64,000 nucleotides of DNA from Ylistrum balloti (Eukaryota): NCBI RefSeq assembly GCF_031769215.1, contig NW_026782599.1, forward strand, positions 124,001-188,000, given 5' to 3'. The notes beneath the pieces are model-generated. The model had not been told where the DNA came from and did no database searches. It saw only the letters and a program-made list of their open reading frames with translations. Below, piece after piece: positions 23,801 through 36,200 of the stretch. The translations under genes and the position numbers were made by a program. The number at the start of each line of letters is the position of its first letter. Position 1 is the first letter of the stretch.

Positions 23801-25408
23801 TTTGCTTCAATTTTTTGGGTGTATGTCAGGTATGTCATGGTGTACAGGTGATAATTTTTTTCAATGTTATGGTGTACAGGTGACAGGATGACGGATGATG
23901 ATTGTGATCAACTGTTTCAAGGGCAGGAGGATGCTCAGGGCAATGTCAACTATGAAGGTAAGACCAGTGATTATTTTATTGAAATAACCTCTACCATGTT
24001 AAAACAGTTAAAAAATGGACTCTGAATCATTGTTAAAAAAAACTTTAGACACACTCATTATAAAAGCCTACACTGGACACTGAAACACTGTATAAGCAAT
24101 ACAAGATATTTTCAAACTGTAAAAATTTTTAAAAATTTTTAAACAGAGGACACTGGCTTGTTATAACATCCTACTCAGGACACTTAAACACTCTAAAACC
24201 AACATAGGATAATGATGGTTACTATGGAATTTTCTCAAAACTCTCAGTACCAAACTGATTTTCATATTGGTTTTATTTAAAAAAAAAAAAAAAAAATATG
24301 GATGCCCGTGGCCATAATGAGTGTTGTAGGGAAAAGTTTGTTATTGCTATTTCTCAAAAATTCTTATAGCTCAAGGTGGTGTTTTCCCATTTAAAGAGTC
24401 ATTAGTTAATTTTAATTAAATATTTAGCTTAATTCGTTTTTCAAAAATGGTTACCCTGGCATCCATTTTGTGTTTGCTATGTATTAGAAGTGTAAATTAT
24501 TTGAGACCATATGTAGTATCCTATCTGTTTGGATCAGCAAACTTGGTCAGTGAGTACATCCTGGGAGGTTGGAGTTTTTTCAATTGAAAAGTAGGTCATT
24601 CTGACCTATATTTTGAATTTTGACCTTGTTTATAGAAAAAGTTTTCTTTTTTTTTGCTCCTATCATGATTCTATGACATTTAAGGTCACTGTGACCGATA
24701 TTTGATTCTTTGACCCTGTTTAAATGAAAAGGTTGTTGTGCACTTATTTCCATTCCTATTCATGTAGGGTCATCAGATGTGATATATAGGAGCATCCTTG
24801 TAAGAGGGGCTGTTCTGTGCATAAACAAGGTCATTGTGACCTATATTTTCACTCCAAATTCTATTCAAAGAAAAAACAAGTCTTTAGCAGATCTCCTATC
24901 CTGTTTCTTACTGGATCAATAAACTTTTTATCGAGGAATGTCTTATGCAGATGGAGTGCTGTACCACATACCAAGGTCAATGAGAATCGTGATATGACCT
25001 TTGATCTAGTCACATGTCAAACTTTTTTCTCAGCATATAATTCGTAGTTTCAAACATGATTACCGAATTTAATATCGAGGAACATCTTCAGCATGAGGAG
25101 TGTTTAGGAACATAATAATGTCAAATGGGCTGTGCTCATTTTGAATCGAGGGGGTCAGGTGGCCAATATTAAAAGCTTCACTGTACAATAATCATATCTG
25201 TCTCCATGGTGGGTGCCAAATTTTCCCCTCGGATCACTTGTTATGTTATAGCTCTACAGTAATGTCATTGATATTGCATCAAACATAATAAGAAAACGAT
25301 ATTCCGCTAAAGCAGACTAAATTTGTGTCACAGACGAGAGATTTGATAAAGACTTGGTATCTTTTTGTTGTTATTTTAGATTTCATCAAGATGGTGATGA
25401 ACTGCTGA
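20873..25408 (+). CDS. MYL6: Myosin essential (alkali) light chain, non-muscle Mlc-c/MYL6-like, 147 aa
   Basis: Exons 20873-20875 (ATG only, as typical for myosin light chains), 20998-21025, 21949-22089, 23190-23354, 23880-23957, 25380-25408. All are GT-AG and in phase. Product [48 protein letters not shown]...[61 protein letters not shown] has EF-hand light-chain signatures. The symbol means homolog; one-to-one orthology was not tested. Confidence 0.92.
21362..21430 (+). mobile_element. tRNA-derived SINE head or tRNA pseudogene (intron 2 of the light chain gene)
   Basis: A-box-like TAGCTCGAGCAGTCGAGC and B-box GGTTCGAATC at tRNA-like spacing. No complete cloverleaf. Confidence 0.5.
24420..25250. 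mobile_element. Degenerate HINE-like repeat with internal subrepeats (light chain intron 5)
   Basis: AAAAGTAGGTCATTCTGACCTATATTTTG-type subrepeats at about 24586, 24687 and 24829. The same motif recurs at 36754-37060. Confidence 0.45.
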
Positions 25409-27173
25409 AGATAACAATATGTTTTCCCTGACAAGTCATTCCAGAGATGACCCATCTGAATTCCTGGTGTAGAACTGTCTGACAAGCCAGAGGAGCAGCA
25501 GGGTTGGCAGAATGTTTTTAAAGATGCTTATTAGTAGGAATGGACTACACAAAATAGGAAATGACAGGAAGCGAGGGCATGCCTACCAACATATATAACA
25601 TCATATCTGACTTGCATTTCCAGTTTGAAGATCTGACAATAGTGAATACAATTTGGTTGAAGAATTTTTAGGAATGAATTGAATTTCGGAATCTCTATGA
25701 TTAGTAATGTCAGAAAAAGAGAAACCTTTATTGAGAAAAAACACCCAACTTTTATTTTGTTGAAGGTTAACACTGTGTAGTTATATATTTACTATGTCCA
25801 GGATCCTTTGTTAGTGGAACACAAGACTTTTTTTCTCCATCAAAATTTTCCCAATATTCTAATCAATTTTATAGTACAATTCTATTAACATTATCTGGTA
25901 ACACGACATTAAAAAAGGTTGATTCTGGGATACGTTGGTAGAAAGCTGCCACTTCATTCATGTGAATGCCCTTAAAGCTACTCAAAGTCACTGATATCCA
26001 GTTAAATTTGAAGCCTGTCAGCCCATACGTTACATACTTGACCATTATGTTAAGATATATTAGAAGCTTGTTATTATAATTTTTTTTTCATTCCGTTAGG
26101 CCACGCCAACATCTTAGATTTGCTTCTCATATTCACCCAAACTTTTAGTTTTTTTACTCGTTACAACAAGGTGTAAATATTACATGACCACAATTTTTTA
26201 AGTGTTGAAATGAGATGTGCTACATTGTCGCCCATAGCCTCTGTATTACATGCTTTGTTATCATAACTAATATGTATTCTCTTTTTTTGAGATATGTTTT
26301 AAAATCTTGTGATGATTTCAGAAATTAATGATCAGAATTCCTGTAGAGAATCTGATAAGTTCTGGTGAAAGAGTTCTAAACAAAATGTACATTTGTTGTA
26401 ATGAAACATATATAACAGATGTATTTATACAGGATGGGTGAACAACACTATTAATAAACAAATATTTAATATCATTTAATAAAAATATAAGCTTTAAAAA
26501 TGTTTTGATTTTATTTCTGTGTAACTGAAAAGTTAAATCGACATCAGATCTTGGTGTGAATTCTTCAGGCCATCGGAGACATTCTGTTGACCTCCAGGCT
26601 GTCATTCAAGCTGGGCTATGAAAGTCAAGTTTAAAGATTATCAACATTGTATAAATGCCAGGTTGTGGCATTCAGTATGTGTTATTTCAAGAGCCAATAC
26701 AGAATTAAAGTATGATAACTGTACTTTAGCCATGGTTGATATTTAACACATCATCAATTTTAAGGAAATGAGGACAGCAATACATTGCCCTATTCACATT
26801 AATTGCTGTAATAGCAGGGAAAAGTACCTTTCCAAGCAGATGGTCTTAGAGGTCATCAGGATGTACTGCAGCAGGATATGTCAATAACCTTTTCACCATC
26901 TCATCACACTATTTTCTGTATTAGTGTACAAAGCAATATAGTACAGCCGAAAAAAGCTGGTCAACCCGGTCAGATCTTGTACACTTCATACATCAGTGCT
27001 AGTGCACTTCACTTTAGTCTACTGTCTGATGAAGGTGACAGTGAAGTTACCGGTGTATGCTAAACAGAATCTTACCCTTATGTCCGTTTATTATGAATTT
27101 GATGAAATTTGTGAAACAATTTTATATGTTTAGATGTAATTTGTTTAGTAAATTCTATATCACAAACATAATA

Positions 27174-27765
27174 TAGACAGTAAACAATGATGACAGTACA
27201 TTATGTAGACTGTAAACAATGATGACAGTACATTATGTAGACAGTAAACAATGATGACAGTACATTATGTAGACTGTAAACAATGATGACAGTACATTAT
27301 GTAGACAGTAAACAATGATGACAGTACATTATGTAGACAGTAAACAATGATGACAGTACATTATGTAGACAGTAAACAATGATGACAGTACATTATGTAG
27401 ACAGTAAACAATGATGACAGTACATTATGTAGACTGTAAACAATGATGACAGTACATTATGTAGACAGTAAACAATGATGACAGTACATTATGTAGACAG
27501 TAAACAATGATGACAGTACATTATGTAAACAGAATACAATGATGACAGTACATTATGTAGACAGAAAACAATGATGTCAGTACATTATGTAGACAGTAAA
27601 CAATGATGACAGTTAATTATGTAGACAGAAAACAATGATGTCAGTACATTATGTAGACAGTAAACAATGATGACAGTACATTATGTAGAAAGTAAACAAT
27701 GATGTCAGTACATTATGTAGACAGTAAACAATGATGACAGTACATTATGTAGACAGTAAACAATG
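27174..27765. repeat. 32-bp minisatellite, about 18 copies (TAGACAGTAAACAATGATGACAGTACATTATG)
   Basis: TAAACAAT recurs at 27181 and 27213 (period 32). Copies are near-identical. Confidence 0.96.
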
Positions 27766-29816
27766 TCTGGAGTTAATACAAACTTCTTTGAAGAAAATAC
27801 ATTGATATGCAGAATTAAAATATCTTGATGAGTTTACAGAATCACAATTCCTAAAAAGAACAATCAAATTATGTCTTGAAATCAAGTAGTTAAATTTCAC
27901 AATGTCAACTTTCATGCACTGCTTAGTTTTACGTTTAAAGTTGTGTTTTAAATGGAAAGATATATTAATACTAGCAGTACAACCATCATGATCACTAACA
28001 CATCTGACTGTATTACCCAACAAGGAATTGATATATAAAATAGTACAGTAGATCTGGTGGGTCTGTCTACTGTAATGGTACATCCTGTCAACTGTGAGGG
28101 TCATTTAAGGACATGCCAGTTTTGTATCTAGTGGTTCCTAAGCATGTAGGGTCACTAATAACATTGAATAATGAAAAAGATTTGGCTACGTCAGTGAGAA
28201 CATGATTGGGTAAAACGGTCCACATTCAAATCTCCTGGCATTGTTACATTAGGTGAAATATATAAGATTACTGACAGAGGACCAGAGAATTTCCCAGATT
28301 GCTTCAAAAGAGAAAACGGCCTAAACTGAGTGTGGGAGACTAATTTTAATCCAAATTATTCCATCACCTGGAAATTCTAACATCGATTACACAAAGTAGA
28401 AAACCACTGCCTGCAAAAGCTGAAAAGGAGAGCGAAAACCTTCAAACTTTATATAGATTTTCATCTAGACAGGTCTCAGTTCAGCGATTGTCATTACTAA
28501 CATTATCTTCCGAGTAATCCATGTTATATCTAACTCAGCTAATGTTTAAATGAAATATGGAGAGCTCAACAAGACCATCTATTTGATGATCGTACAGTAA
28601 TAAAAGGTCTATTGAAATGACAAAATTTCTAAAACAAGGAGAAAAAAAGACAAATCCAAGCAAAATACCACTCTCTAACATAGATATATGAACAACTTTA
28701 AACGACAACCTTTGAAGAACTTTTAATGAAAGATGTTGATTGCTATTCTTTGATGCGTAAAGCAGTTACACATTATCTAATATAAAGCACACACTTGTAG
28801 CAGTAGCGTAAATCATTATTTTAAATTAAAAGGGCTAACAATGGTATAATTTAGCAAAACCTGAAAAAATAGACAAAAGTTGAAGTAACACTACCATTCA
28901 CATTTACATGTAACACTGAAAAAGTCGTCGCAAGATAAAGTCACAAAGATGAAAATAATTTGTATTAGACAATGAAGTATGAATTTCAAAAATACCATAC
29001 CATTGAAACAGTAGTTACAAAGAATTCAATGCCAAATATGATATAACATGAAAATATTTTGAAAATGAAAATTTCTTTTTTCGAGGGTAAGATACATATT
29101 AGCACACATGATGTTTATACTGTTAACAAAATAGCAAACGCTTATTAAATTCAACTTAACCATTAAAACAGATGAAAAAGAATGAAGATTTGATATTTGG
29201 TATGAATTACTAGTATTCACACACATTATGTTTCCAAGGTCTGTCATTCCCAACAAACATCATAATCTAGTGCTTGGTATACTATTCATCTGACACAATG
29301 CGCAGGGATTTGGCACTCAACCCACATTCCATATATATATGTATTAAAATTACTATGATACATTTTTATGGATGGTGGGTCGGGAATTCTTGTCAAATCC
29401 CTGTGACACAATCCTACAGATTTATCCATCACTCCTGTGCAGGTCTGTATACTCCTATAATATTAAACTTGAAATATGAGTGATCATACTTGTAAAGAAC
29501 ATTTGTATTAATAATTATGCAAGTGCAAAACATAGTCCAGGAGCAGAAATTCTACAAAACATGGATTTGAGCTTGTAAGTTTACCATGTACCGTACACAA
29601 CACATGCAAATGATTTAAAATGTGATGGAGTTCATCACATTTAATTCATTTGATATTTAATTCTACTACTTGCACTTAGTTATATTTTATTCTATGTTTG
29701 CATAACGCATCTCTGTGTGCAAGAAATTCCATGAATGTGCGCGTGATATACATGTGTAGTTCTTATAAGGAAAAGTGAAATCGTAAAATGTAAGAAAAAC
29801 ACACCCAATCGTTATC

Positions 29817-29889
29817 CGACCCTGAAGGGACTCGAACCCTCAATCTTCGGCTCCGGAGGCCGACGCCTTATCCATTAGGCCACAGGGTC
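29817..29889 (-). tRNA. tRNA-Arg-CCG: tRNA-Arg (anticodon CCG)
   Basis: 73 nt GACCCTGTGGCCTAATGGATAAGGCGTCGGCCTCCGGAGCCGAAGATTGAGGGTTCGAGTCCCTTCAGGGTCG. Perfect acceptor stem, anticodon stem TCGGC/GCCGA with loop CT-CCG-GA, T-loop GTTCGAG, and a T5 Pol III terminator at 29799-29795. Confidence 0.96.
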
Positions 29890-30727
29890 TCCAGCAAAAG
29901 CTGCGAGTTAAAAGACTTTATAAAACTGTGTCACCAAACCAACGATTAATACGCCGTCAAAACGAATTAATGTTCATGTTAGAAAGGAAATTTGATGCGA
30001 TATCCTGTGTAAGATGAACCGTCCCTTCCACAAAATGCAACCGAAGAAATCAAAGGACCATTTCTAAGCAAACTAGCATAGGCCTAAGCAGAGACGTACC
30101 TAACGCTAACACTTGCTATACGTTTCTAGCCTAGGTTGCATTATGCAGTGTTTCTCCAAACATAAAATCATTGTCACGTGCTTATAAAATGAGAAAAAAC
30201 ACTCGGTCATTGTTTCGTCCGACCTCAACTTTGCCCGTCAAATTCCAAAACAAATCTTTTTAAAGTTCGAAACTCTGGCTACGCTCTAAGCCTATATACC
30301 GCATGTGTAACATGGTCGTCGCCTGCAGACGCAGTTCACTCAAAACGAACTTAGGTATGTAGTGACTTTGCATCCTAAATGCCTGATACATCCCGAAGTA
30401 CGGATTGACAAGTGAGTTTTGTTTAGTATCTGAAAGTCCTTAATTGAGCTGTCGAAATGGGGTTGTTATCAGCTAAGAAATGGACATATAGAATAGGTTT
30501 CTCCTGGTCTGAGATATATACACGGTATCAGCCGGTGGTGGGGACACAAGCCTATAATATTTAGGCATATAAACAGAGACATATATGTCTCTGTTATAAA
30601 TTACCAATTTATCCACCCATGATAACTATGGGATGTTAGGTACTTCTCTCAAAGCTCTCAGACAAGTACTCGAGCACCGGCAAATCCGGCTGTTAGGATT
30701 TGACTTTACAATTGTAATGGGAAGAAG

Positions 30728-31895
30728 TAATTTCTTATGGTTTCTTATGGCATTTTCCCCAACACAGGTCCTTAAAGGTCCTCTTCGTCGGACTCATTAG
30801 TGTAATCATATTTAAGACCGGTTGTGTCTAATACAAAATCCGCCTTTAAGTCATATAATACTTCTTGATCCTTCCAAAAGTGGTCCAGTCTATTCTTAAA
30901 GGCATTGATGCTACTGGCATTCACAACTCTTTCTGGTCGGCTGTTCCATAGTTTTGCGGTCCTCACACTGAAGCTGTGTTTCCCGATGTTAAGCCTGGAT
31001 CTTTGCACATATGTCTTTTTTGAGTTCCCACGATCTAGCGCTCTCTGAACATTATCATTTTGCAATTTATGAAGTTTTCAGATTCCATATCATATTTTCC
31101 ACTCAAGATCATGTACACTTCAATCATATCAGCTCAACTTTTTCCATAATCGGTTCTCCTATGTTAAGTTATTGTATCCTGGTAACTGCTTGGTTGCCCT
31201 TCTTTGAATTCCCTCTATGAGGTCCACGTGGTATGATTTGTACGGAAACCACACTGCGATAGCGTAATCAAGGTGTGTTCTCACAAATGTTTTATAAAGG
31301 GGATGAAGAATGACTCGTCTAAATGCTAGAAAATTCTTCATATCATGGCCGACATAGAGTTTTCCTTCAACCTTTTCAACAATGTGGTGCTCAAAAGTTA
31401 ACTGGCTGTCGATTCTGACTCCGATGTCCTTTTCATGATCCACCTTCTCCAGATTTATGCCCTGTAGTGAATACTGGTATTCATCTTCTCCACCATTTTT
31501 CCCAATGTGCATTAAGTTGCACTTTTCAGGGTGGAATTTCAGTAACCATGTTTCACTCCACTTGGTTAGTTTGCGTATGTCATTCTGTAGTATGATGTTA
31601 TCATCCCGTCTCTTATAACTCTATATCTCTTTGTGTCATCCGAAAACAGGAATACATTTGAGTTCACTATTTCTGGTAGATCACTGATGAATATCAGGAA
31701 AAGATTCAACCCCGGAACAGACCTCAGTGGAATTCCTGAAAGTACTTCATACCATTTAGATCCAGATCCATTTACCAACAATTGCGGTTTCCTCTCACTC
31801 AAGTAGTGTTCTATGCAGTTTGTGAGTTCTTCTCCTATGCCATGTGCTTTCAGTTTTCTAACTAATCTCTTAGGTGGGACAATAATGAAAAACAC
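30728..31895 (-). mobile_element. 5'-truncated, degenerate CR1-type LINE (RT C-terminal half and 3' end)
   Basis: Frameshifted ORFs with VLSGIPLRSVPGLNLFLIFISDL...FLFSDDTK (RT motifs, F-x-DD), KTFVRTHLDYAIAVW...IEGIQRRATK and FSVRTAKLWNSRP..VV. Short tandem 3' tail (CCATAAGAAA x2). Confidence 0.9.
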
Positions 31896-33227
31896 CTTCT
31901 GGGATTCGAACTAGCATCCAGACTGAGGCTTGTAAGGCAACCTGTACTCTAAACTTCTTCATTCTCTCTCCTTCACAAAGGCTTCGACCCTGAAGACAAC
32001 GACCAAGGTTCAATATCTCCTTCGCTCTCTAGCTGGACATCTCGCCTATAAGGAAATTTCCACTACCTGAGGCTAGTAAGGCAACCTGACTCTCTACTTC
32101 TGCGCTGTCAAGATGTTTAAGACTTTTTTTAAGAATTTTTTACAGGACCGGACTGAATTGGGCAACAATTTACAGAATTTACAAAAATTAAGCATTAAAT
32201 AATGTTTTTATCTATTTTGGACAAGCAAGACCAAAAGAAAATTTATAGGATCGGGCAGAATTGTTTGGGTAATGTGTAGAATTTGGACATTGAAATGTTC
32301 TTTGTGTAATTATTTTGATTTTGGATGACCATAGTTAAAATATTATGGTTTCATATATTGACAAAAAAACTGCAAAAAACTTTTTTTCATATAATGTACT
32401 GTGCCATGCAGTGTTTCTTCAAAAGACTTAAAGAAGATTTTCAGAATCGGGCGGGTTATGTGTAGAATTTGGGCATTGAATTGTTCTTAGTGTAATGATT
32501 TTGTTTATAAAGGTTAAATTATTTTGTTTATAAAGATTAATCAGAAGACAGAGAGGATTTTTGATGTTATAACAAAAACTGAAATCTTTAAAATCATCAA
32601 AAATTGAATGCACATTCAAAATGATTTAATTGGTTCTAGGAGAAAAAACTGATTTATGAGTTTTTCACATAGTCATAAATCTTTAAAATCATCAACAAAT
32701 TGAACTTTTCTCTCTCTGTACATTCAAAATAATTTAATTGGTGTGACCTCAAGATGCATTTGCTGTACATCAAAGGATTAAATGATTTTTTTCATCATGT
32801 CCACAAGGTGTTGCACACGGAACCTTGAATTTTGCCATGACATATACCAGGGGAAGAGAGAGCGAAAGTGATTAAAACCCTGGAGTATCAAGGATGGTTT
32901 CTGGAATTAAACCCAATAAAGTTAGAAAAGAAACAACCTTGATTCATATTCAATATCTTGGGAGTCAATTTTTTTGAAACCTTCAAACATTTCCAGATTA
33001 AAAACCTTCAAAGAAACTATGATTTTTTTCCTCTAGTAGTGCTTAATTGTAGCCATGACCAACATGTTTCTGTGTTTTTCAATTAGTTTAACAACCATCA
33101 TCAACAAATTTGTGTCTTGTTTGACATTTACGCTGTTTTCTGGCCTGAGATCTTAAAGACTTTGTCATAGTTTGTTATGCCACTCTTAAAACTTTCTATT
33201 ATATTCTTTTGTTGTAGGTGAGTAATC

Positions 33228-36200
33228 ATGGCGGCTTGGATGAGCAGCTTTTGGAGAATTATGAACAAAGGAATGAAGCTGAATAATCTGTGCTGTTTCA
33301 GAAGGCACTTACATAAGTTACAGATGTGTAGGAGAAATGAAGGGCTATTTAAATGTTTTCCTAGAAGCCAAAAGCCTCGCACCAGTGTTGGTTACACTGC
33401 ACACTGGCAATGTTATTCACAGCAAAAACAAAGTAAAGAAAACAACCTTGCAAAAGGTTTAACATCAAAAAAACTAGCGAACTGTAAAATTAGGCCATAT
33501 GCTGATGTGAATGGCGGTGTGAGGTACTTGAATCTGCAACTCTGGGGCCAGATGTCCATTTATGAACAGAATAGAGAGCTGATACAAGGACGGGATGAAC
33601 TGGAAGTACAAAGCAATGCGTTGAGGAATTTCAAGCACTTATCCTATAATCAAGTGATGGATACGATTGGCTTATGTATAAAATGTTATGGATTTATATG
33701 TCATGATCTTTTAAAAGTTTTCTTGGAAACTGTTGACCATGACTTCAACAGAGAGTCTGATGTGTGGAATCCGCAATCTGTTTCTAAACTGATGTTTTGT
33801 GTATATTTGTATGGATACAACAAAGACAAAATATTTTTTGAGGTGGAAAAAATGTTTGAAAAGCAGTTTGAAGACTTTTCTGTGGTGGAGGCAACAGTAT
33901 TGATGTGTACATTCAACAGGTGTGGAAAGAAGCTCAACTCTGATTTTGTCATCAACAAATTGTGGTCTCTCTTCTTCAGCCATTCAGAAACATTAATGGA
34001 TCAGAGGCAATTGGGTAGTTTGTTACGACAAATGAGCCGATATACAGGTCACTTACACTCAATTGCAAAAGTTGAGGCATTGGGAAATTATGGATGCAGC
34101 CTACATCGTATTGAAGATATCATAACAGTAATAAAATGCCTCACTTCAGCTAGGTTTCATCATGCAAAATTCATGCATCATCTTACAGAAGAAATTGAAA
34201 AATTAGCCAAAAGAGGTGCTGATATTCGAGTAAAGACATTGGCATTACTATGTGAATTTGTTGCTAATTATGGAACACAGGAGTTGGCCACTAGGACACG
34301 GTGTTTTCACAATTTGTCGACGTTACTTGTATTAAGTACAGATGAATCTGCAATGTCAGCAAAATACTATCCTCTGTTCAAAGGTTCTGAAGATGGACAA
34401 AGACAATCTAATAGGATTGTGGTAAGGAGCTCAAATGATTCTCTCATGAGATTTGCCATAGCTATGGTGTTTGCTGGCAAGTTCCATGAAACTCTCCTCA
34501 GTCAACTCCTTGGTGAACCAGGTAAGGACACAAATTCAGCTGTTCGCTGTTATGATATCCTGATCTTTATATGGTGTATTAACTCACACTATGTCTGCGG
34601 TCCGTCAGCCGGATTTCGTACACCTTTCCATGCTATTGTAAAAAATGTTTGAGGTGCTTGTATAAAGACCACCAGCATCAAGTAGCAAAAGGTTTTGACC
34701 TGAGGAGCCAAAATACTGCATTATATAGTCTCCATCCAATGGGGCCTGAGGAGCGGGGCCAAAAGTGATCATATTGACTCAAATTTCAAAAATATTTCTT
34801 TTCAGCACTCAGATGTGGTAAAATGAAATGCTCTTCATAGATGGAAAGGTCTTTTAGATGCTTTACCAAATTGTGAATTTTATGGCCCAAGGATATCAAA
34901 TTTCCCCCGGGAATGAGATAAAGTTTACTATAGTTAATATTACATTTTTGAGCATAGTTTGTTTAACTTCTGTTAGGTATATTACAATCTTGGCTAGAAT
35001 TATAAGCACCTTCGGCTGATTGGCAGGGCTGAAAGAGATTGAATTATCTCAAAATTTAAAAAATCTTCTTTTCAACACCCAGATATGGTAGAATTAAATG
35101 TTCTTCATGGAAAGAGGAGTCTTACGGTGCTTTACATAAGTTGTGAATGGCAAGGGTCTCACGTTTTCCCCTGGGGTGGGGTGTAATGCTATTAATTCTT
35201 ATAGGAAAAGTACATTTGAGGCAGAACTAGCAATTCAACCTACTTGCATTTTGCAGCATGGGATTTGAACCCCTGTCAAAGTATGTGCAGATCCTTGTAT
35301 CACAAAAATATATTCTTCTGGTGCATGATTATGCAGGTATTGAAAATAAACATCATTTTAGCTAATTCAGCTTTTTCTACAGATCTTTACTAGTCATCAA
35401 CAACTAAGCAGATTTTCATCAAATGTGGTCTGAATCATATGTGTAACAATTTGTGTACAATTTGTGGGTCTCCTGGAGTGAGAGGGATGGGGCCCAGTAG
35501 GGACAATAGAACATACTCTTTAGAAGCCTACTTCTCCTGTAAGAACATCTGGATATTGTCTAACTTTGTTGAAGCATTCTTGATTGAAGATGATTCAGTT
35601 TTGTATGAACGATGGGTATTGCCTCCCTGGGACAGAAGGGACAGAAGGGACAGAGCCCAGTAGGAGAAATAGAGCAAATAATTTAAAATCCTACTGCTAC
35701 ATACAAATTTGGTCTGAAGCATTATTGGGTTAAAGGACTCCATTTTGCATACATTATGCGTCTTGACCTCCTAGGACGGAACGGGTATGGCCCGGTTATG
35801 GAAATTTAGGAGATTTTTAGCTTACATGGCCCAAAGGGGAAACTGAGTTTTTCCATGTTGCGGTGTCCTTTTGTCTTGTGTCTGTCTGCTTGGCGTCAAT
35901 TTTTCAGTTGAACAATTTCTTCACAATAACCAACTGACCAAATGTCATGGTATTTGGCTATTGGGTTGCTGGGATGAAGCATGACAAAGTTCCCATAAAG
36001 AAAAGACCCTGACCCTTATTCAAAGTCCCAGGGGTCGAATTAGATAAAACCTTTTAAAGAATTCCTTCTGACAAACCAACAAGGTGCAAAAGCATGATAT
36101 TTGCCTGAGAGGTTCTTAGGATGAAGCCTTACAAAGTTAGTCCCCCAAAGAATAAAATAAAATAAAAAGATGAATGTCCTTGACCTTTATTCATTGTGTA

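Noticed and set aside
26080-26400. Possible alternative last coding exon of the light chain (as in MYL6)
   Set aside because: Acceptors near 26100 and 26330 give peptides with no light-chain C-terminal similarity.
10205-27765. Regular arrays (41-bp at 10205-11480 and 32-bp at 27174-27765) superficially like CRISPR
   Set aside because: These are head-to-tail tandem repeats with no unique spacers and no cas genes, in eukaryotic DNA.
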